DNA of 64,000 bases from Dimorphilus gyrociliatus. Its lineage: Eukaryota > Animalia > Annelida. Position 1 is the stretch's first letter. The number at the start of each line of letters is the position of its first letter. This document shows positions 14,886 to 26,900 of the stretch, in pieces. The notes beneath the pieces were generated by a model. The model saw only the letters and a list, made by a program, of their open reading frames with translations. It was not told where the DNA came from and made no database searches. The stretch covers positions 248,001 through 312,000 of the forward strand of contig CAJFCJ010000001.1 of the NCBI GenBank assembly GCA_904063045.1, in the 5' to 3' direction. The translations under genes and the position numbers were made by a program.

Positions 14886-15125
14886 TTATTTGCACAATGG
14901 CTTCATATTTACCATATTCTGAGCACAAGTCAACGGAAGTTGAACAAGCTTTAGCAAAGAATCTCCTAGACTCTTGAAAGCGTCTATACATGCGCCAAAA
15001 GGAACTAAAAGGACGTAAATCCAACCAAGAAGAAAGGCTATAGGCCAAGCTATGATTAGGAGTATTATTAGCCATAGAAAAGCCCAAATTAAACCAGGGC
15101 ACAAGTCTGCCTTTCCTAAACCCAT
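14886..15125 (-). CDS. 79-aa Cys-rich hydrophobic membrane microprotein (paralog A)
   Basis: ATG ORF, clearly similar to 15807-16049: both carry LCPGLxW, AWPxAF, PFxAC and LLKLVxLPLTCAxNMxxMKPxC. Confidence 0.8.
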   Translation of the reverse strand: MGLGKADLCPGLIWAFLWLIILLIIAWPIAFLLGWIYVLLVPFGACIDAFKSLGDSLLKLVQLPLTCAQNMVNMKPLCK

Positions 15126-15806
15126 CTTCTTTATGAGAAGTAGAGTTTGTTAGGGAGTGGTATGGAAGAGTTATTTATTGTAGCTGATGCCTGTTAGACA
15201 TTTAATAGTCGCACTCCATATATATATATATATTCATATAGATGTATGACAGGCCTTCTACTAAATATAAATAAAGTACTTGTGTGATGTTCGTAGAGGC
15301 CAATGTACAATACGATTTTGTCATTATTCTATTTCTTTGCTAAATATTAAAAGCCAATGATGTCTGTTTTTTTTGTACAAAAATTCATCTGTGCTCAATT
15401 TTCAACATAATAATTTATTAACTGAATTATTTACATTTTATATGAAAATTATACTTGAAAAAAAGATTAACGTAAAATATGAATATGCATATAACTAACG
15501 GATTATTAATCAATAGTTTCAGTTTTATTCAACAAAAACGAAGGTATTAAAAGTTCTGAATAATAATTGAAAGTCTATAAATAATAGTATAAAAATAATG
15601 ATTATTCTTATTATTTTTTGACATTATTTCAAAAGGCAAAAGTAGATCAAGTAGAGATTATTATGAATAAATCTAGACATTTTTATAAAGTTTTTTTTAT
15701 CTATTTCACTTAATTTTTTCTCTTTATTTTGACATAATGAAAAATGCTTTAGACACCTAATTATCTTCTAAATAGATTACAGATGACAAATTTAAAATTC
15801 GTTCTT

Positions 15807-16049
15807 TTAACCACAAACTGGTTTCATTCCAATCATATTTTCTGCACAAGTTAAAGGAAGTGTAACGAGTTTCAGAAGAAATTCACATATTCCTTTGCAT
15901 GCTCCAATACATGCCGAAAAGGGTAGAAATAATATGTACCACCAAGCGATGAAGAATGCGAATGGCCATGCAAGAAACCATAATATCAGGAACCAGCAAA
16001 CGGCCCAACACAGACCTGGACAAAGTCCTCCCCCAGCTCCTTTACCCAT
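15807..16049 (-). CDS. 80-aa Cys-rich hydrophobic membrane microprotein (paralog B)
   Basis: ATG ORF and tandem paralog of 14886-15125. Protein motifs are conserved while the flanks show no obvious similarity. Confidence 0.8.
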   Translation of the reverse strand: MGKGAGGGLCPGLCWAVCWFLILWFLAWPFAFFIAWWYILFLPFSACIGACKGICEFLLKLVTLPLTCAENMIGMKPVCG

Positions 16050-19000
16050 ACTTGATGATTAATCCTTTCTACGAAATCGCTGCTTCTAAAGTGATCAGTA
16101 GTCATTTATATATACAATGTTTCAAAGTTTTCAGTGTTGTCAAAACAGTATCTCCAAGGGCAACGTTGCTGTTTATTCTTTCTTTTGGGTGTAAATGCTC
16201 TAATCGATCCACTAGATTGTATTTAACCATTTTGCCAGTAGTGATATAAATATATATATAGTTTTTACAACGCTAGTTTAAAGTGAAATAAACGTAATAA
16301 GAAAGGGCAATTCCCATCTGAATTAAAATGAAATATTGATTTTATAGAGAAATAGTTGGAATTCGATTGAGAACTTACTCGAAATCCTATTTTTCTATTA
16401 TCTGTATAGCTTCAATTATTTGAAAGTATAACAAGTGGGAAGAAAATTAAGATTGAATATAAAAATAAAAGACTAATCTAATGTATATATTGCATTTCAT
16501 TCTAAATCCATATACACACAAGAATTATATAAAAAATAGAAACTAATTATTCCCTTCTATTTTACTTCTGTATGTTGATAAACAATGATATTTGATTTTG
16601 TTTTTATTCAGTTAACAATAAAAGTGAGAAGTTTTAACAACTTTCTTTCTTGAATATATTGATATATAGCGAAAAACAAGACTAAAAATTTGAATAATTT
16701 CTTTCCTTCTATTCTCATCCTTTTCTCTTTTCTATATTTTTGTATTCCTTAGTGATTTTTATAAAACTTTATAAAATTCTTTCTACCAATTTAAACGACA
16801 GATGGTGCTTTTAGAATTTTTACTTTCCTTAAACAATAATTCAATTTAGTCTTATGCAATTCCTTTAACAATAAAATGTATTAATTAATATAATAAAGGT
16901 TATCGTATCTAGGGAGTAAAAATAAACAATTGAGAAGAAGCAGACATATTCTATAAAACAATTGATCAATATTATGAGAAGAAGAGTTAAAATACTATAA
17001 AAATGTATATACTGTATATTTATTATAGGAGATGAATATCTTATTAAAATGGATATTTTATATATTAAATCTTCATATATAGATAACGTATAATGATATA
17101 TAACTGTGTCTATGTATGTTAATTTATATAATTACGTGTTTATATATCCACATAAACAAATAGACATAATCGACTAAACTTTCATTTACAGACCTTTATC
17201 TCTTTTACTTAACCAAGCTTAAACAAAGTTTTTTTCTGTTGGATAAAAAAGTATAATTGAGAAGTGATACTGTGCATATAAATAAAAAAAGATGGAAACG
17301 ATTTATGATGGTATAAAAGGATGATAAAGTAACTTAGTATATTATGCTCTACAGAGAGCGGCGCATACGTTTTATAAATATATATATATATATATATATA
17401 GATATGTTTACAGTATATACGATATAGACTCGTCTTTATATCTTGACAAAAAAATTAATTAATGTGACGAAGACTTTGAGGCATATTTGATTTCAATTTA
17501 TATTAGGGAAAAGGGTTCGTATAATAGCAATTTAATTTTCTTCCAGGTGGAGGAGAAGCTCGATTCATTGGCCTAATTTAAAATTGTATATTTTCTTATC
17601 CTTCGCAATTTAAAAAGAGTAAAATTCATGTAAACATAAAAAGAAATAAGAGAACAGCTTCATAAGGACTATGAGAGAATAAAGAATAAGGGCGTACAAA
17701 TAGAAACGTATGTCAACATATTTTGTACCCCTATAAAAGTAATAAAGTAGAGAAAAAGTAAGATCTGAATAAAGATTCTTTTACAAAAATGGTGAAATAA
17801 CCAGGTTCAAAGGTTGTATTCCTTTCCTTTTTGTTTAATTATTATTTTTCTCTTTTCTTTCATAGTTCTATATTTAGCGACACCTAGGGATTCCTTATTC
17901 AAAAAAACCTGGTGCGCCATCTACAATGGCAGTCGACGGTTCATTAAGCGTTTAGAGTTTGCAATTGTTTGCAAGAAGCGGCTCATCTTTCTCGCCTAAC
18001 AAATGTATTATTTGCGGTAAGTTGTATATTGCTTTCATTCTAACACTAAATTCATCATTATTCCTTTATAGTTATATTGTCTTTGTTAATTATTTTTATA
18101 CTTTTCACATTTTCTGATTATTTTTAACTACCTAGAAAAAATATATAGAAAATTATTCAGTTTACAATCAATTTTATACTGTTTTGACAATCAAAATATA
18201 AACTCGCTAACTGATTTCTCTTAGTAGATCAAAAGACTTTTTCGAATCGACGCAATTTTTCAATTTCTTCTTTTTTCCACCCGATTTTTCTCTTTCCTAG
18301 ATGTAAAGTCAAATACGCTTTAACTAATTTAACGAAATACTGGCTTTCATCAACCCTTTTCCCTATACTTTTTATTTTGCTTTCTTTCTTTTTCTCCTTT
18401 CCTTATATATCTTACTGCCACTCTTCCCCCTTCAACCTCCTACAAATGTACCTCTTCTCTTGCGTTTTATTTTTTTTCATCTCTCCCTTCTTTCCTCTCT
18501 CCTCTTCCCCCCTCCCCCTCACTCTCAATATATGTATATATATATTTTTTCTCTTCTTTCTTTATTAGTATCTTTAGACTAATCATACAGTTTTTCCTAA
18601 CATTCTAAATCGATTGTGCATTAAATTTTTTTCTGTATAAAATTTCTACAGTAACAAGTGCGAAAAAGTACATTTTAAGTATAAAAAAAAGAGAAAGAAA
18701 GAAAAATCAATGATAGGTTTATACACGCTTTTGCGGTGGATAATTGTGCGTTTATGTGTTTGCGTAAATGTGTGTAGAAAATTTTAAATAATTAGTTATA
18801 ATATTACTTGAATAAATTGAATATAGAGCAAAATAAAAGAATATATAAAAAAAAGAAAAAAGAAAAGGAAAAAAACTGTAATGTAATACTGGAATACAGC
18901 AACAATGGAAAAAAAACAATGAAGATATAACTATTCACTATACGTGAGGAATTCCTCTACATCAAAAATTAGTTAGGCTTTATGAGCTATTGTAACATCT

Positions 19001-19632
19001 ATCGAGTACTCTAACTAAATATTCAATCTATATACTATATATGGATGATACATGCATAGAAAACTTATACACGTACTCATCGAAAGCGCTGAAGCGAAAA
19101 AAAATAGCGAAATATATGCAGATATAATCAAGTGCGTCAAATGAATAGTAGAGTGATAAGAGGAGTAAAAGGGAATTCATCCTCTTCACTATCTATTGAA
19201 AATTCTTTTTGCCTAAGTTCCAAAATTACAAGTTGGATGACATAGTTCAACTGGTCGAATAGTTCTTTATTCTCAATCCTTTTTTTCTAGGCATTTTCGT
19301 TGCCGTCATAAAAGACGGCCAATCAACCGCCGACAATACAAGCCTATTCAAAATCGGACAAGCGATCCGTCTGGGTCAAAGCGTGCAGTTTGTTCGGCAC
19401 AAAAAGAGAGAGGGAAAAAACCTCGACATCTGACCCAGTCGACAATTCTTTTTTCCTCTTTCTCTTCAACAGCTATTCCTCTTTCCTATAGGGATTTAGC
19501 ATTTTATTTCTATTAATTTTCCTTTATGCAGTCTCTTTTGATTATTTCTCAAAATTAATATCAATTAATATATAAACAGGTTCGCCTACATTCTACTACT
19601 GGTATTTAACAGAAGTAAATCTCAATTAAAGA

Positions 19633-22600
19633 ATGAAGGTAGATATAAATATATTTAGTACCCATAATATATCTCTTTTAGACGTCTTTTTACGATTCGG
19701 TCAACCGCAATGCTAAACGGGTCAACTCCTTGACGCCCCCTCTGTAACGGCCTTATCGACTACAATTTAGACTTATTATTAAAAAGGAATAAATCAGTAA
19801 AAGTGAGAGGAAAGAGAGAGAGAAAAAAGAGGGTAATTCCTTGAATAAATAGAACGTACCAGTGCATGCTAAGGGATTAAGTACACGTATATTTATTGCT
19901 CAAATCGTAACCAACTGAGACAAGAGAGATATTCATCAACTGATAAACTCTACTGACGATTTCTCGACAGTAGAATGATCGGGACAATAGATTTTGTCTA
20001 AAGGGTTAAAGAAATAGAGAAAAGAGGAATAATTTTTTTAGGCCTAAGAGTAAATATAGAGTCTACGACCGTCGGCGTCTGTGATGTGTATATCCACGGG
20101 CAATTCTCGGCAGCCTCATTGACGTTTACTACGTTTAGGCTCTTATGTCAACAGTTCTAGTCGATAATTCGCCTTTGAAAAAATGCGTCCGACGAAGCAT
20201 AGCGAAGTATAGGGTGGATGATCGATAAACAATCTTCGGGGGTAATTAATTCAAAAATATATAAACTATTGAGGGAATTGTCGCTAATCGAACGTGAAAA
20301 TTATAAAATTAACAAAAAAAATATCAAAAAGAAATAGTCTTGATTGTTTAACGAACGAAGGAAATTTTTTGGATTATCCATTATTGTGTTATTACAGATT
20401 CTATTGTATCAATTGTTCAGTAAAGTGGATGGTATCGTTGAAGATAGCGTGCCGAACATCAATCGTTTAGATATTGAGGGAATATATAAATAGTGGAGCA
20501 TAGGGTGCTTTCTAAGGACGATCGACGCCGCGAGTTTTCTCTCTCTCTCTCTCTCTCTCCATGTCATTCGCTCTCACTCCCTCTGTCTCTTTCTCTCTTT
20601 CAAAGAAAAACTGCGGAAGAGGGCGTCGAGGCCTCATCCTTTGTTGTTATTGTCGTCGGGGGGTATAGACTCCGTAGTTTTTTTTCTTTCTTCGCTTACC
20701 CCCTTCTCCTTTCCTTTACTAGCTATCCGTCTATTAGACGCCGTAAAATTTTCTCCTTTGTCATTTCACCTTTTGTTATACAAAAAAGAGGGGCGGCAAT
20801 AGTCGGCTAAAGCCTTATAAAGCAGAAATGCCTCTACCATGTAATTTTTTTTCGAACGGGGTTCATCCGGTACGTGTACATCGACAGCAACATAGTTTTC
20901 CTCGATTAAGGCCTAATATATTTCTGTTCCTTTTCCTTCCGTTTGCTAGCGAAGGAATACTGCCACTTCACAAACTTTGAACCTCGATGCGACCAAGGTC
21001 AAGTAATAGTCATCAATTCAGCTAGATACGGTCAGATGAAAAAGGGAGAATGCCTTAAGAATGACCCTAAAGTAAGTATAAATATATATGCTAAACGGAG
21101 ATCTGCTTCTGTTATCCACTGTCGTTTATTATTTATACACTCCCTTATTATCTTATTGACATTTTACTTAAAATTCAGGAAAACTGCTTTATAAACGTCC
21201 TTGCCGAATTAGATTCAAAGTGTTCTGGTAGATCAGAGTGTAAAGTTGAAGTTCCTAATTCACACTTAGCCAAGAAAGTAGGCCGCTGCGGTGAGGGGGA
21301 ATATACTTACCTGGAAGCGGATTACAAGTGTCGAGAGGCCTTCATCTTTCCTCCAACTTGCAGTATAAAGCCTATTATTGTTGGAAAGAAACAGGATGCC
21401 TTTTTGAGTAGTTACGTACCAAACTCGTCCGGGACTTGCACGTGGAGAGTCCGCTTAAAAGAGGGACAGACTATTCATGTATATTTATGGAATTTTGATG
21501 TGGCCGATCCTTATTCTCAACCCATTGATTACTTGCTGATAAGAGAAAGGGGAAAAACCGAATCCATTGTTAAGCAAAATAGAAGACGGAGTCTAGTTTA
21601 TCAATCAACATCTCCCACTATCGATATTGAAGTACTTAGTACTAACGTTTATTTCTTAATAGAATATCAGGCTAGAGGTTGCCCAGATGTAAGGCCCCCG
21701 GCTAACACTTGGGCTGAGCGGCTCGGTGATACAGTAACGATTCATTGTAATTATACAAGAGAATCATACACCCTTAATTGTGTTGGGAAACAGTGGAAAG
21801 GCAAATTACGTAACTGTACAGTAGCCTTGACTGCTTCGAATCTCATGACCGTCATCAAGTGGGGGGATGTGTCGTTGCCATACGGTAAGTTTTTTCAACA
21901 TATGAATTATGTAAATTATACATACTATGTACAGCAAATAATGACAATAGGCAGGAATTGCGTTTTATTTATTTTCCTTATTTATTAAATGGACGTTTCT
22001 GTATTTTAAAATGCAGTTGTCTGGATAGTAATAATAATTGGCGTCTCTTTGGCCGTCTCTGCCGTCGTTTTAATTCTTGGAATAACGTTCTTACGAAGGT
22101 AAGTGTAGAAAAATGTCTATGTTTTGTAATTCTTCCACCCAGCACCTGAATAAATAGGGAAATATATATAAAAAAACGAAAGGCAGGTGCTCCTAACCAG
22201 ATAAATATTATGGTTCCGATTTCTCACTAGGCAAAATAGAAGGCCCGGAGAAAGTTACAACCACCAACGGTTCTCAACCGACTATGTACTTCAAGACAAG
22301 GAGGAGGAGTATGGTGAAGCCCACAGAGAGAGGGAAATCGAGAGACCTTTAACAGTTGAGATAAAACCAGCTGATTCAAACAAGTATGTATCACAAGTTG
22401 GTAAATCTAGCCCCGATCAGCTTAGTTACTCTAGGCTCAATAGTGCGGCTGCTTCTTACTGTGCATGCTCGGCCGTTGTTCCTCATTCGACTGGTGATGG
22501 ATCCGATTACTTTTCGGACATTACTGGAGCTTCTTTTGGCAGTTTTTCTCCAGAAAAGTCAGTCAATGTACAAACTTTATCCTCCTGTCACTGCGCTTCG

Positions 22601-22651
22601 AAAAAATTACCCGCTCCTCTTCCGCCTACCAGAACCGCTTTTAGTCGTTAG
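19633..22651 (+). CDS. Type I membrane protein: SUEL/rhamnose-binding-lectin-like domain + CUB-like domain + sushi-like Cys module + TM + cytoplasmic tail
   Basis: Well-supported exons: 20950-21071, 21179-21884, 22017-22098 (TM VWIVIIIGVSLAVSAVVLILGITFL) and 22231-22651. Lectin motifs: CxxGQVIVINSARYG, CSGRSEC, YLEADYKC. CUB-like motif: CTWRVRLKEGQTIHVYLWNF. The 5' exons 19633-19638 and 20398-20431 (MKILLYQLFSKVDA) are tentative. Confidence 0.72.
20538..20559. repeat. (CT)n microsatellite
   Basis: Direct read of an uninterrupted CT run. Confidence 0.9.
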
Positions 22652-23079
22652 TTCAGCTGAAAAACGTATAAACGACATCTCTAGTTCATCGTACTATAGG
22701 AATTGTACAAAATTATAAATATATACATTTATTTATATAACGAATATAGCATATTTTTTCTTTTGGATACATCTCTTTACATATAAAATCTCTTCAATAT
22801 GACTATTATGAAATAAAAAAGAGAACATATGTTTACATTTCATACGCACATAGTATAGATTTTATTTATTTATATAAAGATGATTAAGTTCCTCTCTGTT
22901 TTCATAAGTTCATCTTATCAATCATACAAAATTTTATAAAGGAAAACAGGAAAGGAGAGATAGTACAACCGCGCCATCTATTGGATTTTTCAAACATTCA
23001 ATTTATTGTTTCTCTTTCTTCTTTTTTTTTTTACAAACTCATGACGAATTTGGATGTTTAAGGCCAGAAGGAAAGAAAA

Positions 23080-23090
23080 TGCGCATGCGC
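23080..23090. promoter_or_regulatory. NRF1/EWG-type motif TGCGCATGCGC
   Basis: Matches the NRF1 consensus and lies in the intergenic DNA about 850 bp upstream of the PTPRN ATG. Confidence 0.4.
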
Positions 23091-23730
23091 CTCTTCAATC
23101 TTCTGACGATAAACACCGACTGACATCTGATCAATTTTTATATCATTAACCATTGACTGATAAAATACTACAAAAAAAAGACTTGGATGAGTCAATACAC
23201 TGCTACACACAAGATAAGATACGACAGAAAATGAATGAGTTTATTGTTTGAATTCGTTTTCAAATTGTTAAAATACATTGACATATATATCTAGATAGAT
23301 ATCTGTATATTTAAAGTTACGTTTATATGATTTATTTAATACTGATATAGTAATAAAATAGTAAAAAAAACTGAAAGAAATAATATTGGGCTCTTGAATT
23401 ATGAACCGGTTAAAAATGAACTATTTAAAGAATTGGGGTAAAGTAAAGTAAATGAATAAATTGAATTTAAATTAATACTGTAAATTTGTGCAGTGTAATA
23501 ACACTTGCTTTGCATTAAATCCTCCACCCACGACTAGCCACATCGATTTTCTAAGGACTATATAGACGCCCCCTTGTGTAACCATATACTATAGAAAAAT
23601 GAATTAAATTCAGAAATTCTTCAGGTAAAATTTTTTAAATATATTTTAAAATTACAAATTATTTTATTATTAACATGTTTAAAGCTTTTATCGTAATTTT
23701 CTATTGACAATTGTTGGCCAAGTCTTGCTG

Positions 23731-23748
23731 ATTGGCCAACTGACGTCA
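23731..23748 (+). promoter_or_regulatory. CCAAT box (ATTGG) plus full CRE (TGACGTCA), candidate PTPRN proximal promoter
   Basis: ATTGG at 23731-23735 and TGACGTCA at 23741-23748, about 180 bp upstream of ATG 23925. Confidence 0.55.
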
Positions 23749-23924
23749 GAGAATAAATGAATATATGAATATTGACTAAGACAGCCATTTTGAAAGAAAC
23801 ATATTGTTGGCCTTCCAACAACACCTGTGGCCTTTGAAAAAAAGGCCTGTTTCTCGATTGATTTAGTTCGATATTAATCGAATAATCACCGGCAAAAGAC
23901 TCGGCAATGGATTCTTGAGGGATA

Positions 23925-26900
23925 ATGCGCGATTTGTCTTTCGCAACTTGCGTATTTATACTGGTTTTGACCGTTGTTTACGGCCAAGGGAACTTTATCG
24001 GTAAGTGTACCAAAATACGTGATTAGAATACTATATTAGAAACAATATAATATTCAAAAGCACCAACTATCTAATAAACCATTACTATTATTTCATTTAG
24101 GCTGCAAATTTAGCGATTCTCTTTGTAAAGAAGATGAGCGCTGCTTTGACGGTAAGGAAACATACAAGATGTTTTTGTCTAACGTCCGTAATTTTAAATA
24201 TTCAACCGTTTTCTAGTTACCTTAAGTATTTTTTGAGGGAAATTATTAATATAGAAAGAAAAGATGATTACAAAAATCCGATGTTATGCTTCTCTCGGAT
24301 CAATATTTACGTCATTTTTTCTCTATCGATTTTTTACCGGGCTTTAACGCTTCGTAATGAAGGCGTATATTTATCTATAAACGATATAGATGTTATAAAT
24401 AGACGCTGCTATTGAATTTTTTAAAAAACAATTGTCAATTAAGTGACGTCACTGAACCTTAGGTTAGAAAGGAGAATCTCAGAAATTAGAATTTGTTATC
24501 CTTCCGCCAGGGAATTCTTATATAATCGAATCAAGTGAACTCGTTACTGACTAATTACGAAATTTTCCACCAGATGCCTTGTTCGGCACGTGCCAATCTC
24601 GGTACGGTGCAGTAGACATTTACAAGTATGACTTGACGCCATCGGCGGTTGACGTACTCCAAAGACAGCTGCAGCGTCTTATCGAGGAGAAGTACACATG
24701 GAAGAGCATATACACCCAGTGTACTATCCTAAATTTCCTGTTGGCTTTTCGAACTAACTCTGAATATGATGAGGATTTTTGCGATAGAAAACGCAAAGAA
24801 AAACTTGAGGAAGAAGAACTCGCTTACTATATCATAAAGTCTTTAGAAAGAGAAAAAAATGTAGGAAGTAAAGTTGACAGCTATGATATTGAGAAAGAGG
24901 AAACGCTCCTACCAGATCTCGACACTCCTATATCAGATTCCAGTTGGTCGTCGAAGCCTTCAGGAATAGGTAAGAAGATTATTATTCTAATATCTTTTTC
25001 ATCTTTGTAATTCTTCTAAACGAGACGAAAAATAAAACTTATGGTACATCACACTTCTTTATGCTATTACAGATATTTGTTATTAATAAGCTTTGCGGTA
25101 GGTAAAAAAAATTACGTTTTACGGTTTTAAGAGGTTTTTATGGTGATGCTTTTTTATAATTAGCTTTTTTATATTTTTCTTTATAAACCCATTCCTTTGG
25201 GATAAAAAACAAACAGACAATACAAACAAGCGTTTCCTTTATATATGTATGTACATGTTTCGTAATTTCTCACAGAATCAGTCAATCGAGAACAATTAAA
25301 CGACGACTCGCTAATTGCAGGTAAGAGTTATTTTCTTCTTTATTCACAAGTACTTTACCTTTAGAATTGCTTTTAGTCATCTATTCTTTAAATATAATAA
25401 GCGATATCACTTTAAAAAGTTGATTAGTAATTTCCCACAAGAAATTTATGGATCATGATGGATATATATCAATATTTAAAGCTTATTACGCTTGAGTTAT
25501 TAGTCGAAGAAGTATAAGGACGCACTTATTTTACTAACCAAGCAACACTATAAAATACCTTATTGAATTTAGTTTTATTACTTCCGGTAAAAGATATCAA
25601 TATCAAATTGAAAAAAAAGGCTTCTTTCTATAGTATTCCTTCTTTAAGAAATAATAACTTACCTCATTTAAAGCTTTGAGTGAAAAATCGCCGAATTATT
25701 AAATAGATTGTCATCTCTTTCCTTCGGGACGGAAATGAGTTGTCTTTGTCTTTTTTTCTCACCAGTTTTCCTTAATTAATTATAGGAAATCATAATGTTT
25801 ATTTCTTTGTTGCTTTTATTTTCTAGATGATTCAAATTCTATCAGAGATGCCTATTTGCTTAACTCTCTTTTACAAGGAGATATCGACGTTTCCCAATTA
25901 AGTAATGATGAAGTCGATAGACTGTCCGTTGATGTCGATAAAATTATTGAGAGTATTACAGCGGATAAGCAGAAGGAGAAGGGAGAAAGTGAAGTGCTTC
26001 CTGAATGGCTGGATGAGGACAAACCTGAAATGGCTCCAGCTAATGAATTTGACTCAAAATTAGAGCAAAATCCAGTAATTAGTAATGGAGAAGGGTATAA
26101 AACTCTTAAAGCAACAGAAGACGAAATTGAAAATGAAGTTAAAAAGAGAGTTAACAGCAATGCCGAAATTGATATACCTAAGGATCCTCATGACCATGGT
26201 TTTGAAAACTCCATGGTAAATACGCATACCGAAGGACCGAAATATGCCGCTGTCGACCTACACTATACCCATATAGTTGTTAAGCCAGCACCTACCAGCC
26301 GGGAAGCTGTTGATAAGGTTATGTGGGGTATTATGAGTGTAATAGGGTTAAATGCGGGAGATTTGAGAAATGTAACGGTTGAAAAAGATGGAACAATCAA
26401 CTTTTTACTGGATTCAAATCTAAAAGCCCATACTTTGGGAAAACTATTAACAGAAGGTAAATGGAAATTTAAGAATTTAACCGGAATTGAACTTGTCGAA
26501 GTAAGATTCGGGGAGCACAGTGAAGTGGGTATTCCTGTTGCAGAGAAGAATGGTCCAAAGTATTTTGTTTTAACTTTCGTTACCGTTGGAATTATAGCCG
26601 GTTTAGTTGTCTTTGTCGTCATTTTTTATGCCATAAGACAACATTCAAGATCGAAGGAAAAATTGAAAGATTTGACTAAAACTGATGCCACTGGTAAAGA
26701 TTACGAGGAATTATGCCGTCATAGAATGCAGTGTAAAGCTACAGAGAAACCAGAGCCATTAAACGCCACTGTAAGAACAATGTCAACAGACCAACCACAA
26801 AATTCCCCAGCCAAGACAGAGTCACGCTCTAGCACCTCAAGCTGGTAAGCAATTTATGCCTTACTTCTGTTTTAAAATTTATCTCCCAAGATGAGCGTTA

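Noticed and set aside
14845-16249. ORFs 14845-15102 (-) and 15956-16249 (+)
   Set aside because: These are alternative-frame or antisense shadows of the two microprotein genes, with no shared motifs between them.
18355-18560. Long polypyrimidine tract and its 63-aa ORF
   Set aside because: Low-complexity sequence. The Phe/Ser/Leu/Pro-rich translation is compositional, and no function can be supported.
22386-22718. 110-aa plus-strand ORF
   Set aside because: It is the wrong frame. Splicing from the TM exon selects the frame ending at TAG 22649-22651.
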